Positions 11,106-23,641 of a stretch of 64,000 bases of DNA are shown in pieces. Source of the DNA: Eledone cirrhosa (lineage: Eukaryota). The position numbers were made by a program, and so were the translations under genes. The stretch spans positions 26,474,001 through 26,538,000 of the forward strand of contig OZ024764.1 of the NCBI GenBank assembly GCA_964016885.1. The letters run 5' to 3'. Positions within the stretch are counted from its first letter, which is position 1, and every line of letters starts with the position of its first letter. The notes below the pieces were generated by a model. It did no database searches and was not told the DNA's origin. It saw nothing but the letters and a program-made list of their open reading frames with translations.

Positions 11106-11447
11106 GATGTAAAAATTAATCCTAGCAAACCCCCACCACTCCTACAACTGTTAGCTGTTAGCCCACCCCCAGCACCACCCAACCTCCGTTCTAGTCCCAC
11201 CGTTAGAACCAATGCTGCTTACCCTGCCTCTTTTACTAGTTCACTCCGTCGCTCGAATTTCAAAGCTGGCCCTCTACACTTGGTCGTTGCCAGCTCACCA
11301 CCTGGTTGTGCTCTCTGTGTCCGCACTAGCCGGTACCTAAACACAATAAAATGTCACCTGTGCTACCAAAACTACCACAGGAACTCTGTCGGCATCAGCA
11401 AGGCTCAAGCCGAAAGGCTTCAATACTAGACCTGTAATCAGGGCCAC
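11106..11447 (+). pseudogene. Pro/Ser-rich linker plus degenerate PHD-like zinc finger directly after the helicase (also ~50878-51219, 63705-64000)
   Basis: Stop-free frame from DVKINP... to CALC-x11-CHLC-x4-H-RN(S/C)VGISKAQAERLQY*TC; the copy at ~63.98 kb reads HRNCVG. Confidence 0.5.
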
Positions 11448-11681
11448 TTTACCTCCGACGACCAGCTTTCTACCGAGTGTGTGTTGATGGAGGGGACATG
11501 AGACCAGCAAAGTCCTAGGAGTAGAGACTAGTAAATAATAAACGGTCCTAGCTATGTTAAGAATATATATAAGAAAAATGTTCTATACATTTAAGAAGAC
11601 AAGAGAAATAAATATTTACCTCTTTCATGTAGGTAATATAGCGGTGTTATAAAAGTATAACTGATGCAGGTAGTTTGTTTC

Positions 11682-11939
11682 AAACTATAACACATATAAC
11701 TCTATCAGTGAAGCCCTTTAGTATAGGTCAACTGGGAAACTATAACACATATAACCCTATCAGTGAAGCCCTCTGGGAAACTATAACACATATAACTCTA
11801 TCAGTGAAGCCCTTTAGTATAGGTCAACTGGGAAACTATAACACATATAACCCTATCAGTGAAGTCCTTTAGTATAGGTCAACTGGGAAATTATAACACA
11901 TATAACCCTATCAGTGAAGTCCTTTAGTATAGGTCAACT
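11682..11939 (+). repeat. 55-bp tandem repeat, ~5 units
   Basis: aactataacacatataaccctatcagtgaagtcctttagtataggtcaactggga; one 41-bp deleted unit. Confidence 0.95.
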
Positions 11940-11989
11940 AACAGAAGTATTACGGGTATGGAAAAAATTCTAAATAAGCCTACAACAGT

Positions 11990-12059
11990 CATTGCGGGCC
12001 ACTCTGACTGGTCAGGTGGGCTCGATTGTGGCCCGCGGGCCGCCTGTTGCACGCCCCTC
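11990..12059 (+). mobile_element. hAT-type MITE 3' terminal fragment (also ~52150-52219)
   Basis: ggcccgcgggccgcctgttgcacgcccctc followed by ctttagac; GGCCCGCGGGCC subterminal motif is typical of hAT MITEs. Confidence 0.5.
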
Positions 12060-12091
12060 CTTTAGACAGAATATCTATCACTGTTAAGTAA

Positions 12092-12290
12092 TACTGTGAT
12101 CTGTCGGCTAACTACATTTTCCAGCCTGTGGCGTTTGGGGGAGTCGGGATACTGACTGCGAGATTCCTATCTTCACTGGCGGCTAGCCTGACGAAGGTGA
12201 CTGGTGAAGCTCGTGAGGGCACTTGGTTGTTCCAGCTCCTCAGCCTCGCCATCGCCCGAGGTAACGCTGCAGACGTGCTGGCTTGCCTAA
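12092..12290 (+). pseudogene. CRE-like RLE C-terminal remnant, second lineage (also ~52252-52449)
   Basis: YCDLSANYIFQPVAFGGVGILTARFLSSLAASLTKVTGEAREGTWLFQLLSLAIARGNAADVLACL. Confidence 0.7.
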
Positions 12291-12384
12291 AAAATCATTA
12301 GAGAGGTTTCCCAGTGCTCCTCGCGATACTGTTATCTTTTGCTCTAGTAGCAGCTCGTTTGTCCACCCCTTTCGCCTGCCTTTG

Positions 12385-12570
12385 GTTGTATGTCGTCCTA
12401 GATGTGTGTATTACCTGCTTGTGTGTTGTATGTGGTCCTAGATGTGTGCATTACCTGCTTATGTGGTCCTAGATGTATGTATTACCTGCTGGTGTGTTGT
12501 ATGTGGTCCCAGATGTGTGGATTACCTGTTTTTGTGTTGTATGTGGTCCCAAATGTGTGTGCTACCCGCT
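12385..12570 (+). repeat. ~40-bp tandem repeat, 4-5 units (also ~52545-52725)
   Basis: tgtggtcctagatgtgtgtattacctgcttgtgtgttgta with a shorter variant. Confidence 0.85.
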
Positions 12571-13277
12571 TCTGTGATTTGTTGTTTCTTCTTTCTCTCT
12601 TCCGAGAAACAATCCTGTATTTTTTTAATCTATTCCATGCGTTAAGTAATTAGCAGCAACAACAAACTGATTTTCAGTTGTAAAAAGAATCTTTAAACCT
12701 TCACCATTTACATTAACACATACCATACGTTGTCCCAGCCACAAATAAACAGTAAAAAAAACTTACTTTGCGGTTAAATTCTTCACAATTAAAAGAAAAA
12801 TATTTCTAACACGTTTCTAGACAACACCAAGTTTACACCTTCAATATCCGGTAAAAGTAAAAACAAATTCTGGAGACATTTAACGAAACGAAACTATGTA
12901 AAGAAAAACGAAAATTAAACGAAGACAAATAGTAAATTTTAATTTTTATTAAATAAAATACCAGTAATTCACTGCAGTAGATTTAATCAACTTTACTCTC
13001 TCTGCACGAAAGAAGAAAAAAATTCCTGACTTAGTGCTTAATATATAGAGAGGGGGAGAGTTTGGTGTTACTTCATATAGAGAGGGGTATTGGAAGAGAG
13101 TGCCGTGTAGTAGATATAGAGAGGGAGAGAGTGTGTGCTAATTGATATAAAGAGGGGGATTTGCACACCCCTCCCGCCTAGAAAAATTCTGAAATGCTTC
13201 GACCTCCCTGTACATATATATATATATATAGTATACACACACAGACATATATATAGTAAATAAATGTGTGTGTGTAT

Positions 13278-13462
13278 CAGTGGTCCCCAAACTTTTCTGT
13301 TCCACACGCCTCCTCTAAAATATGTTTATGTTCCCCTTTAATATAAAAACAATCCGAGTATTCTGAAAGTATTATTACTGTAATATAAAGTAGAAACCCT
13401 TTATTTAAACAAAGCTACGATGCAGCGATGATCAAAACAAACTTCTCGTAGGTGCTGCCAAG
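13278..13462 (+). mobile_element. hAT-type MITE 5' part
   Basis: Starts CAGTGGTCCCCAAAC; body homologous to 54386-54600 and to the fold-back arms at 14839/16044. Confidence 0.6.
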
Positions 13463-13979
13463 CGGGGAAAAGTGGATGTATAATGATGATGATATATATA
13501 TATATGCCCCACCCTTGCAAACAGGGAAAAGCAGACGTAAAATGAAAATGATGATATATATATAGATAGATAGATATGTATATATATATATTTATACTTA
13601 TACGTCATGGTGGCTACAGGTGCCAAGAGGAAGAAGCCGGTCAAATCCTCTGATATTTGTTTATCTTCCTTTCCTTTGTATATATATATATAGTATGTGT
13701 GTGTGTATGAAGATGTATGACCCCTAGCAAGCCAAACTACAGTTACTCCCCGACATGGAGAGCAAATTAAAACATTACCTGTTAGAGACGAACGTGAAAT
13801 GATTTGTTAGTGAACTACCGGTGTCACAGTAATTATGTTACCGGTGTAACTATTTCTGTTTACCTTATTTTTAAATGACACTCCTATATTAGTTTAGTGA
13901 CCTTTCAATTCAAATAAATTCTTGATGATGATTGAACTCGCATCGGAGTAGCCCAACGCCTTGGCCTCCGCGTGTGTGA

Positions 13980-14335
13980 GCCACATAAATGCTCTCAACG
14001 ACATAGTGAGAAGAAGCCTGGACGCAGCTGAATTTCCATCTCAACTGGAGTCAGCAGGCTTAGGCCGCGGAGATGGCAAGCACCCCGAGGGAATCACCCT
14101 CTTCCCATTCGAAGGAGGTAGATCCACAAACCCCAGCATCGCTGCCCGTCTCGCAGATGAACATAAAATAAACAAATTCCGGTGTTTGTCCTGGAGCCTC
14201 TTCTAAGCACCAGCCGCCGTCGAGACCCCGGGCCAACTTGGACCCATTACAGCCGAGCTCCTCCGCAACATCGCAGTGTCTGTGGCCCGTCTGAGGATGG
14301 AGTCCCACGAGGTTGGATGCCTGTTGCAGCAGGTG
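13980..14335 (+). pseudogene. CRE-like restriction-like endonuclease remnant, third lineage
   Basis: HINALNDIVRRSLDAAEFPSQLESAGLGRGDGKHPEGITLFPFEGGR (cf. DGKRPDG PD..D motif); same frame continues past one stop as APAAVETPGQLGPITAELLRNIA...LLQQV. Confidence 0.75.
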
Positions 14336-14462
14336 TTACTGTCCTTACATATATATACGTAAATGTTCCCTTGACTGCTATTTCTAGCATATATTAATAG
14401 ACACTTTAGAAACAGCAGCTAAAAATCAAGAAACAACAGTGTGTGTCTGTATATATATACAC

Positions 14463-14531
<69 letters not shown>

Positions 14532-14616
14532 GAGAGCAGCCAAAGACACGCACACACGAACATACACATACACACAGGTGTATGTCTGCGTGTATGTATA
14601 TATATGTGTGTGTCTT

Positions 14617-14706
<90 letters not shown>
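14463..14706. repeat. (GA)n, (TC)n and (TA)n microsatellites
   Basis: Long pure dinucleotide runs. Confidence 0.95.
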
Positions 14707-14710
<4 letters not shown>

Positions 14711-14838
14711 GTCAGTGATCCCCCTCGCAACCTTTAATTAAACAAACCTGCGATGATCAAAATAAACACCAAAGTATAAACAAACAGCCCATAGGTGCTG
14801 CCGGATACACGATAACATGTGTAGACGAAGTAAAACTT

Positions 14839-16044
14839 TTATTACTGTAATATAAAGTAGAAACCCTTTATTTAAACAAAGCTGCGATGCAGCGATGATC
14901 AAAACAAACTTCAAATAACATGTGTATACGAAGTGTATCTGGAAGCTTGGTCGTATTATATGACTTTCAAATTGACCCCTATTATATTCAAATTATCCCC
15001 TGTGGGGCGTGCACCCCACGTTGAGAATCCCTCATAAATAAATATATGTGAGTGTGTTGCTATGACTGCTATTTCTAGCAGGTTTACTGCAGTCCTGTAG
15101 ACGCACAACAAAAACCGGAAGTGGCAGCCATTAAAAAACTTTGGCTTAAAATCAGGCAAAAGTTTTTTAACAATTTGCCAAGAAAGATAACTCTTGTCTT
15201 ACTTAATCGCAAAAATCGAGGCAAAAATTTTGTGGGTGTACAGTTTGTTTGGTGTATTTGACTGCTATTTCTAGCATGTATGGACACTTTAGAAATAGCA
15301 GCGAAAAACGGAAAACAGCAGAAAGAAGGACACACACCTATATATATATATATACCAGCTATACACTCACCCATACATATATATATATACCAGCTATACA
15401 CACACCCATATCTACGTATAGGTGTGTGTGCGCGCGTGTATGTATATATAAATATATATATTTAAATGTATATATCTGTGCATATATATATGTATATATA
15501 TATACGTGTGTGTCCTTCTTTCTTATGTTTCCCGTGTTTCGCTGCTATTTCTAAAGTGTCCATATATGCTAGAAATAGCAGTCAAATACACCAAACAAAC
15601 TGCACACCCGCAACATTTTTTGCCTCGATTTTTGCGATTAAGTAAGACAAGAGTTATCTTTCTTGGCAAATTGTTAAAAAACTTTTGCCTGATTTTAAGC
15701 CAAAGTTTTTTAATGGCTTCCACTTCCGGTTTTTGTTGTGCGTCTACAGGACTGCAGTAAACCTGCTAGAAATAGCAGTCATAGCAACACACTCACATAT
15801 ATTTATTTATGAGGGATTCTCAACGTGGGGTGCACGCCCCACAGGGGATAATTTGAATATAATAGGGGTCAATTTGAAAGTCATATAATACGACCCAACT
15901 CCCTGTTACACTTCGTATACACATGTTATCGTGTATCTGGCAGCACCTGCGAGAAGTTTGTTTACATTTTGGGGTTTGCTTTGATGATCGCTGCATCTCA
16001 GCTTTGTTTAAATAAAGGGTTTCTACTTTATATTACAGTAATAA
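14839..16044. repeat. Fold-back structure: ~500-bp inverted arms around a ~170-bp TA-rich spacer
   Basis: Identical spurious ORF on both strands apart from one residue (14956-15159 minus, 15685-15888 plus); arms include a hAT-MITE end (gttgagaatccct). Confidence 0.9.
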
Positions 16045-18117
16045 CACTTTTACAAGACTCGGATTGTTTTTATATTAAAGGGGGACATGTTTTTTAAACT
16101 CTGAACTCAGCATCTTTCTGTTGTTCTCCGGGATTCTAGCAAAGTATAAAAAAAAATATATATATATAGATATATATATATATATCTGGCAGTCAACCTC
16201 AGACTCGAAAAAGCCGCCGCTAATCGTGATCGTTGGGGTTATAATTCGACTAAAGTGCTTCCACTGGGCACCATTAGCTGGTTGTGATCATTGGAGAATT
16301 CTTTCTGCGCTGAAAGAGCCTAGGACTAAAAGATATATATATAGATGTCGAAACGGCAGTAGCACAGCCGTTGGGGTCCTGAATATTTTCACATCTATAT
16401 ATGTGTGTGTATTCTGCGACATTTATAATTACATAAGCAAGCATATTTGAATAACAAAATTTGAGGTTTAAATACTTTATTTTTTACCAATAACATAGAG
16501 AAAGGCATGAACAACACCACATGTTAATTACTTTAATATTGAAAGTAGGCTTATAAATATTAAAAAAGCAGATGTTTGTATCTTTCATGGTGGTCTGGTG
16601 GGTGATACCAGAGATGGTGGTAGTCATGGTTTCGGTTTCAATCCTGGTCATGGGTTACATATAAGGTCTCATTTTTCTTTCTTTCAGTTTTCTTCTTATC
16701 TCTAGATATAAATATATATACATAAGGTAATTTGGTAGAATTGTTAGAACATCAGATAGAATTCTTTGCAGTATTTTTCCAGTTCTTTACTCTGAGTTCA
16801 ACTTTACCTTTCTTCCATTCGGTGTCGATAAGTCTTGAATATGTCTAACGTAGCAATAACTGGAGCTACTTAACCAAGTTTTCCCAACCTAGTCGATGTC
16901 ACCTACTGGTTGGCGATTTAAACTGTTGGCTGGGACAATGACCAACTAATCAGTCAGATTCCAACTCACTATGTCTGGCATATATTTTATATTTTATATT
17001 TGAATGAAGTTCTGTAAGTAACCTGGTGGCTTAGATGGCAATACTGCTCGAATAGATGGCTTCTATTATGAAGTTATAAGTTCATTCCCTATCCAGGATT
17101 GTAGAATTAATTTTATTTAGTTATTATTTAATCAATTGTTTTAACAAACAAATTATATCTATAAAACGCCAAATATAGTGAGTTCAAATCTGACTGACAT
17201 GCATGGTATATATTTATGTTTCATTATACAGCGACACAATACACAGGAACTTATAAAGATATGTATATATTGTCCAGGAGTTTCGAGTTTAGTGGGAATT
17301 GGTACAACTCTCAATTGGAGCTAGTCCCTGCAAGATCAGCATAAATAATGTTATACCTTTTCATGAAATCTTGCACACCCGATATTTTATACATGATTAT
17401 TTAAAGGTGAACAAAAACCAAAGAACATTGTGCAGCATTTCTCAACCTTTCTACCCATGTCGATCTCTTGAAATAGTTTTTATGTCTCAGGGAAGCCCTG
17501 CATAAAATATACTTTTTCTATCTCTAGAGCAGTGGTTCCCAAATCGTGTGCTGCGAGATGAAACAAGATGAGCTGCAAAAGACTAAGATTAAGTTTTAAG
17601 ATGTGAAAAATATAAAACTGAAATTTCATATAAAAGTTCAAATATAGCTACAGCCACAAACCTAGGCTCCACACCCCGCAATGCAGAGGATAGTAAGATA
17701 GTACCAAGGCCTGACTCACCTCTTCCACTCCATTGAGACCTCTGCCATACTTGGTCCCTGTACTGCTGATTTCCTCCATAAAGTCGGGAGGAAAGACAAC
17801 AGGAGCCTCATGAGGAGGGGCAACTATTGTAGCAGGTGTCTCTGGCCTTGTTCCGAGGTAACGCTTTTACGTTTCTTCCACAGGTTGCGGCTGAGGGACC
17901 ACTTAGACTGGGGTGAAGTGTCTGTCCCTCCCCCGACTTCTTACTTCTTTTTTTTTCTCATTTTCATTTTCTTTTCTCTTCTTGCTTATCTCTGCTATAC
18001 CACGGCATCAAAAACATATATAATATGTGTATGTATGGTATAGGTGTATTTATATTTAGGATAGTTATCAAAGGTAAATAGACTGGTTGGAGCAATAACA
18101 GTCTTGTTTATGTATAT

Positions 18118-18180
<63 letters not shown>

Positions 18181-18281
18181 TGTTCTTGTATTTCCATAGA
18201 AAAGGTAAAGAAAAGAAGAATGCTATATATATTGTACAGAGCTATTTAATTACATAATAAACAACAGAATATAATTATTCC

Positions 18282-18535
18282 ATGCAAATAGACTTAGACT
18301 GGAAAACATTCAGACAGAGAAGAATGGATAATGAGCGTCGTAAGAGAAATTGCCAACAATTAATATTAATGGAAATGTAGAAGAATTTCATATTAGTGAT
18401 ATGAATGTTTCGTGTGATCACTGTGGAGCTTTGAAATTTAGAAATGAAAATTGTAACTGTTGTAATAAAGGAAAGGTTATGTTGCCACCATTGCAAATAT
18501 ACCCTGGGAGACTGAGAAATCTCTTTGAAAGAGAT
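18282..18535 (+). pseudogene. Truncated Helitron N-terminal segment (frameshifted)
   Basis: CDHC...CCNKGKV motif in ORF 18350-18571. Confidence 0.75.
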
Positions 18536-18552
18536 TTCTCAGTCTCTCAGGG

Positions 18553-19354
18553 CATATATTCCCGCCGGTGAAATAAAAATTTTAATAGAAAAACGGCGGG
18601 AATATATGTTACAACCCAACCTACATATTTTTGGGTTGTAACATATATTCCCGCCGTTGAAATAAATATTTTAATAGAAAAACGGCGGGAATATATGTTA
18701 CAACCCAATCTATATATATTTGAGTTGTAACATATATTCCCGCCGTTGAAATAAAAATTTTAATAGAAAAACGGCGGGAATATATGTTACAACGCAATCT
18801 ATATATATTTGGGTTGTAACATATATTCCCGCCGTTGAAATAAAAATTTTAATAGAAAAACGGCGGGAATATATGTTACAACCCAACCTATATATGTTTG
18901 GGTTGTAATATATATTCCCGCCGTTTTTCTGTTAAAATTTTTATTTCAACGGCGGGAATATATGTTACAACCCAAATATATGTAGATTGGGTTGTAACAT
19001 ATATTCCCGCCGTTTTTCTATTAAAATTTTTATTTCGACGGCGGGAATATATGTTACAACCCAAATATATATAGATTGCGTTGTAACATATATTCCCGCC
19101 GTTTTTCTATTAAAATTTTTATTTCAACGGCGGGAATATATGTTACAACCCAAATATATGTAGATTGGATTGTAACATATATTCCCGCCGTTTTTCTATT
19201 AAAATTTTTATTTCAACGGCGGGAATATATGTTACAACTCAAATATATATAGATTGGGTTGTAACATTTATTCCCGCCGTTTTTCTATTAAAATTTTTAT
19301 TTCACCGGCGGGAATATGTTACAACCCAAATATATATATATTGAGTTGTAACAT
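18553..19354. repeat. 89-bp alternating-inverted-repeat array, 9 units (4+5)
   Basis: Unit starts at 18560, 18649, 18738, 18827, 18916, 19005, 19094, 19183, 19272. Confidence 0.95.
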
Positions 19355-20828
19355 GGGTTACATATAAGGTCTCATTTTTTTTCTTTTCTTTCTTTCAGTT
19401 TTCTTCTTATCTCTAGATATAAATATATACACATGAGGTAACTTGGTAGAATTGTTAGAACATCAGATAGAATTCTTTGCAGTATTTTTCCAGTTCTTTA
19501 CTCTGAGTTCAACTTTACCTTTCTTCCATTCAGTGTCGATAAGTCTTGGATATGTCTAACGTAGCAATAACTGGAGCTACTTAACCAAGTTTTCCCAACC
19601 TAGTCGATGTCACCTACTGGTTGGCGATTTAAACTGTTGGCTGGGACAATGACCAACTAATCAGTCAGATTCGAACTCACTATGTCTGGCATATATTTTA
19701 TATTTTATATTTGAATGAAGTTCTGTAAGTAACCTGGTGGCTTAGATGGCAATACTGCTCGAATAGATGGCTTCTATTATGCAGTTATAAGTTCATTCCC
19801 TATCCAGGATTGTAGAATTAATTTTATTTAGTTATTATTTAATCAATTGTTTTAACAAACAAATTATATCTATAAAACGCCAAATATAGTGAGTTCAAAT
19901 CTGACTGACATGCATGGTATATATTTATGTTTCATTATACAGCGACACAATACACAGGAACTTATAAAGATATGTATATATTGTCCAGGAGTTTCGAGTT
20001 TAGTGGGAATTGGTACAACTCTCAATTGGAGCTAGTCCCTGCAAGATCAGCATAAATAATGTTATACCTTTTCATGAAATCTTGCACACCCGATATTTTA
20101 TACATGATTATTTAAAGGTGAACAAAAACCAAAGAACATTGTGCAGCATTTCTCAACCTTTCTACCCATGTCGATCTCTTGAAATAGTTTTTATGTCTCA
20201 GGGAAGCCCTGCATAAAATATACTTTTTCTATCTCTAGAGCAGTGGTTCCCAAATCGTGTGCTGCGAGATGAAACAAGATAAGCTGCAAAAGACTAAGAT
20301 TAAGTTTTAAGATGTGAAAAATATAAAACTGAAATTTCATATAAAAGTTCAAATATAGCTACAGCCACAAACCTAGGCTCCACACCCCGCAATGCAGAGG
20401 ATAGTAAGATAGTACCAAGGCCTGACTCACCTCTTCCACTCCATTGAGACCTCTGCCATACTTGGTCCCTGTACTGCTGATTTCCTCCATAAAGTCGGGA
20501 GGAAAGATGACAGGAGCCTCATGAGGAGGGGCGACTATTGTAGCAGGTGTCTCTGGCCTTGCTCCGAGGTAACGCTTTTACGTTTCTTCCACAGGTTGCG
20601 GCTGAGGGACCACTTAGACTGGGGTGAAGTGTCTGTCCCTCCCCCGACTTCTTACTTCTTTTTTTTTCTCATTTTCATTTTCTTTTCTCTTCTTGCTTAT
20701 CTCTGCTATACCACGGCATCAAAAACATATATAATATGTGTATGTATGGTATAGGTGTATTTATATTTAGGATAGTTATCAAAGGTAAATAGACTGGTTG
20801 GAGCAATAACAGTCTTGTTTATGTATAT

Positions 20829-20881
<53 letters not shown>

Positions 20882-20982
20882 TGTTCTTGTATTTCCATAC
20901 AAAAGGTAAAGAAAAGAAGAATGCTATATATATTGTACAGAGCTATTTAATTACATAATAAACAACAGAATATAATTATTCC

Positions 20983-21236
20983 ATGCAAATAGACTTAGAC
21001 TGGAAAACATTCAGACAGAGAAGAATGGATAATGAGCGTCGTAAGAGAAATTGCCAACAATTAATATTAATGGAAATGTAGAAGGATTTCATATTAGTGA
21101 TATGAATGTTTCGTGTGATCACTGTGGAGCTTTGAAATTTAGAAATGAAAATTGTAACTGTTGTAATAAAGGAAAGGTTATGTTGCCACCATTGCAAATA
21201 TACCCTGAGAGACTGAGAAATCTCTTTGAAAGAGAT
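20983..21236 (+). pseudogene. Truncated Helitron N-terminal segment (frameshifted)
   Basis: CDHC...CCNKGKV motif in ORF 21051-21272. Confidence 0.75.
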
Positions 21237-21254
21237 TTCTCAGTCTCTCAGGGT

Positions 21255-22055
21255 ATATATTCCCGCCGGTGAAATAAAAATTTTAATAGAAAAACGGCGG
21301 GAATATATGTTACAACCCAACCTACATATTTTTGGGCTGTAACATATATTCCCGCCGTTGAAATAAATATTTTAATAGAAAAACGGCGGGAATATATGTT
21401 ACAACCCAATCTATATATATTTGAGTTGTAACATATATTCCCGCCGTTGAAATAAAAATTTTAATAGAAAAACGGCGGGAATATATGTTACAACGCAATC
21501 TATATATATTTGGGTTGTAACATATATTCCCGCCGTTGAAATAAAAATTTTAATAGAAAAACGGCGGGAATATATGTTACAACCCAACCTACATATGTTT
21601 GGGTTGTAATATATATTCCCGCCGTTTTTCTGTTAAAATTTTTATTTCAACGGCGGGAATATATGTTACAACCCAAATATATTTAGATTGGGTTGTAACA
21701 TATATTCCCGCCGTTTTTCTATTAAAATTTTTATTTCGACGGCGGGAATATATGTTACAACCCAAATATATATAGATTGCGTTGTAACATATATTCCCGC
21801 CGTTTTTCTATTAAAATTTTTATTTCAACGGCGGGAATATATGTTACAACCCAAATATATGTACATTGGATTGTAACATATATTCCCGCCGTTTTTCTAT
21901 TCAAATTTTTATTTCAACGGCGGGAATATATGTTACAACTCAAATATATATAGATTGGGTTGTAACATATATTCCCGCCGTTTTTCTATTAAAATTTTTA
22001 TTTCACCGGCGGGAATATGTTACAACCCAAATATATATATATTGAGTTGTAACAT
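21255..22055. repeat. 89-bp alternating-inverted-repeat array, 9 units (4+5)
   Basis: Copy of 18553-19354 at offset 2701. Confidence 0.95.
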
Positions 22056-23641
22056 GGGTTACATATAAGGTCTCATTTTTTTTCTTTTCTTTCTTTCAGT
22101 TTTCTTCTTATCTCTAGATATAAATATATATACATGAGGTAACTTGGTAGAATTGTTAGAACATCAGATAGAATTCTTTGCAGTATTTTTCCAGTTCTTT
22201 ACTCTGAGTTCAACTTTACCTTTCTTCCATTCAGTGTCGATAAGTCTTGAATATGTCTAACGTAGCAATAACTGGAGCTACTTAACCAAGTTTTCCCAAC
22301 CTAGTCGATGTCACCTACTGGTTGGCGATTTAAACTGTTGGCTGGGACAATGACCAACTAATCAGTCAGATTCGAACTCACTATGTCTGGCATATATTTT
22401 ATATTTTATATTTGAATGAAGTTCTGTAAGTAACCTGGTGGCTTAGATGGCAATACTGCTCGAATAGATGGCTTCTATTATGCAGTTATAAGTTCATTCC
22501 CTATCCAGGATTGTAGAATTAATTTTATTTAGTTATTATTTAATCAATTGTTTTAACAAACAAATTATATCTATAAAACGCCAAATATAGTGAGTTCAAA
22601 TCTGACTGACATGCATGGTATATATTTATGTTTCATTATACAGCGACACAATACACAGGAACTTATAAAGATATGTATATATTGTCCAGGAGTTTCGAGT
22701 TTAGTGGGAATTGGTACAACTCTCAATTGGAGCTAGTCCCTGCAAGATCAGCATAAATAATGTTATACCTTTTCATGAAATCTTGCACACCCGATATTTT
22801 ATACATGATTATTTAAAGGTGAACAAAAACCAAAGAACATTGTGCAGCATTTCTCAACCTTTCTACCCATGTCGATCTCTTGAAATAGTTTTTATGTCTC
22901 AGGGAAGCCCTGCATAAAATATACTTTTTCTATCTCTAGAGCAGTGGTTCCCGAATCGTGTGCTGCGAGATGAAACAAGATGAGCTGCAAAAGACTAAGA
23001 TTAAGTTTTATGATGTGAAAAATGTAAAGCTGAAATTTCATATAAAAGTTCAAATATAGCTACAGCCACAAACCTAGGCTCCACACCCCGCAATGCAGAG
23101 GATAGTAAGATAGTACCAAGGCCTGACTCACCTCTTCCACTCCATTGAGACCTCTGCCATACTTGGTCCCTGTACTGCTGATTTCCTCCATAAAGTCGGG
23201 AGGAAAGATGACAGGAGCCTCATGAGGAGGGGCGACTATTGTAGCAGGTGTCTCTGGCCTTGCTCCGAGGTAACGCTTTTACGTTTCTTCCACAGGTTGC
23301 GGCTGAGGGACCACTTAGACTGGGGTGAAGTGTCTGTCCCTCCCCCGACTTCTTACTTCTTTTTTTTTCTCCTTTTCATTTTCTTTTCTCTTCTTGCTTA
23401 TCTCTGCTATACCACGGCATCAAAAACATATATGATATATGTATGTATGGTATAGGTGTATTTATATTTAGGATAGTTATCAAAGGTAAATAGACTGGTT
23501 GGAGCAATAACAGTCTTGTTTATGTATATACATATATATATATATATATATGTTTGTTCTTGTATTTCCATAGAAAAGGTAAAGAAAAGAAGAGTGCTCT
23601 ATGTATTGTACAGAGCTATTTAATTACATAATAAACAACAG

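Larger units (their letters stand above)
6253..11112 (+). mobile_element. Degenerate Helitron RepHel (copy A), internally deleted, interrupted by a SINE and a 2.5-kb insert
   Basis: N-terminal CDHC/CCNKGKV motif; YLVDAYMKVEG..LQYLRNNQ; IDRIVSAEIP..MIH.PCG; HINVEVCASVKSVKYLFKYVTWGHD; DEI..Y...RYVS.PEA; Pif1 C-terminus LCNGTRL...QFPLRLSYAMTINK.HGQ...GQLYVAFSRV; many stops and frameshifts. Confidence 0.9.

Noticed and set aside
11682-11939. ccctatcagtga in the 55-bp repeat matches part of the tetO operator
   Set aside because: Only 12 bp match, the palindromic half (tagaga) is absent and there is no vector sequence; treated as chance
16304-16370. Possible minimal hammerhead ribozyme (ctgaaaga...cgaaacggcagta), also ~56405-56470
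   Set aside because: The core has an extra base and stems I and II do not pair convincingly; at most a decayed remnant. An Infernal hammerhead search would settle it
14441-16450. Short ORFs rich in Y/I/C/V and the repeated MPDFKPKFF ORF (also 53194-56552)
   Set aside because: Translations of TA/TG microsatellites and MITE arms; recurrence reflects DNA duplication, not coding constraint
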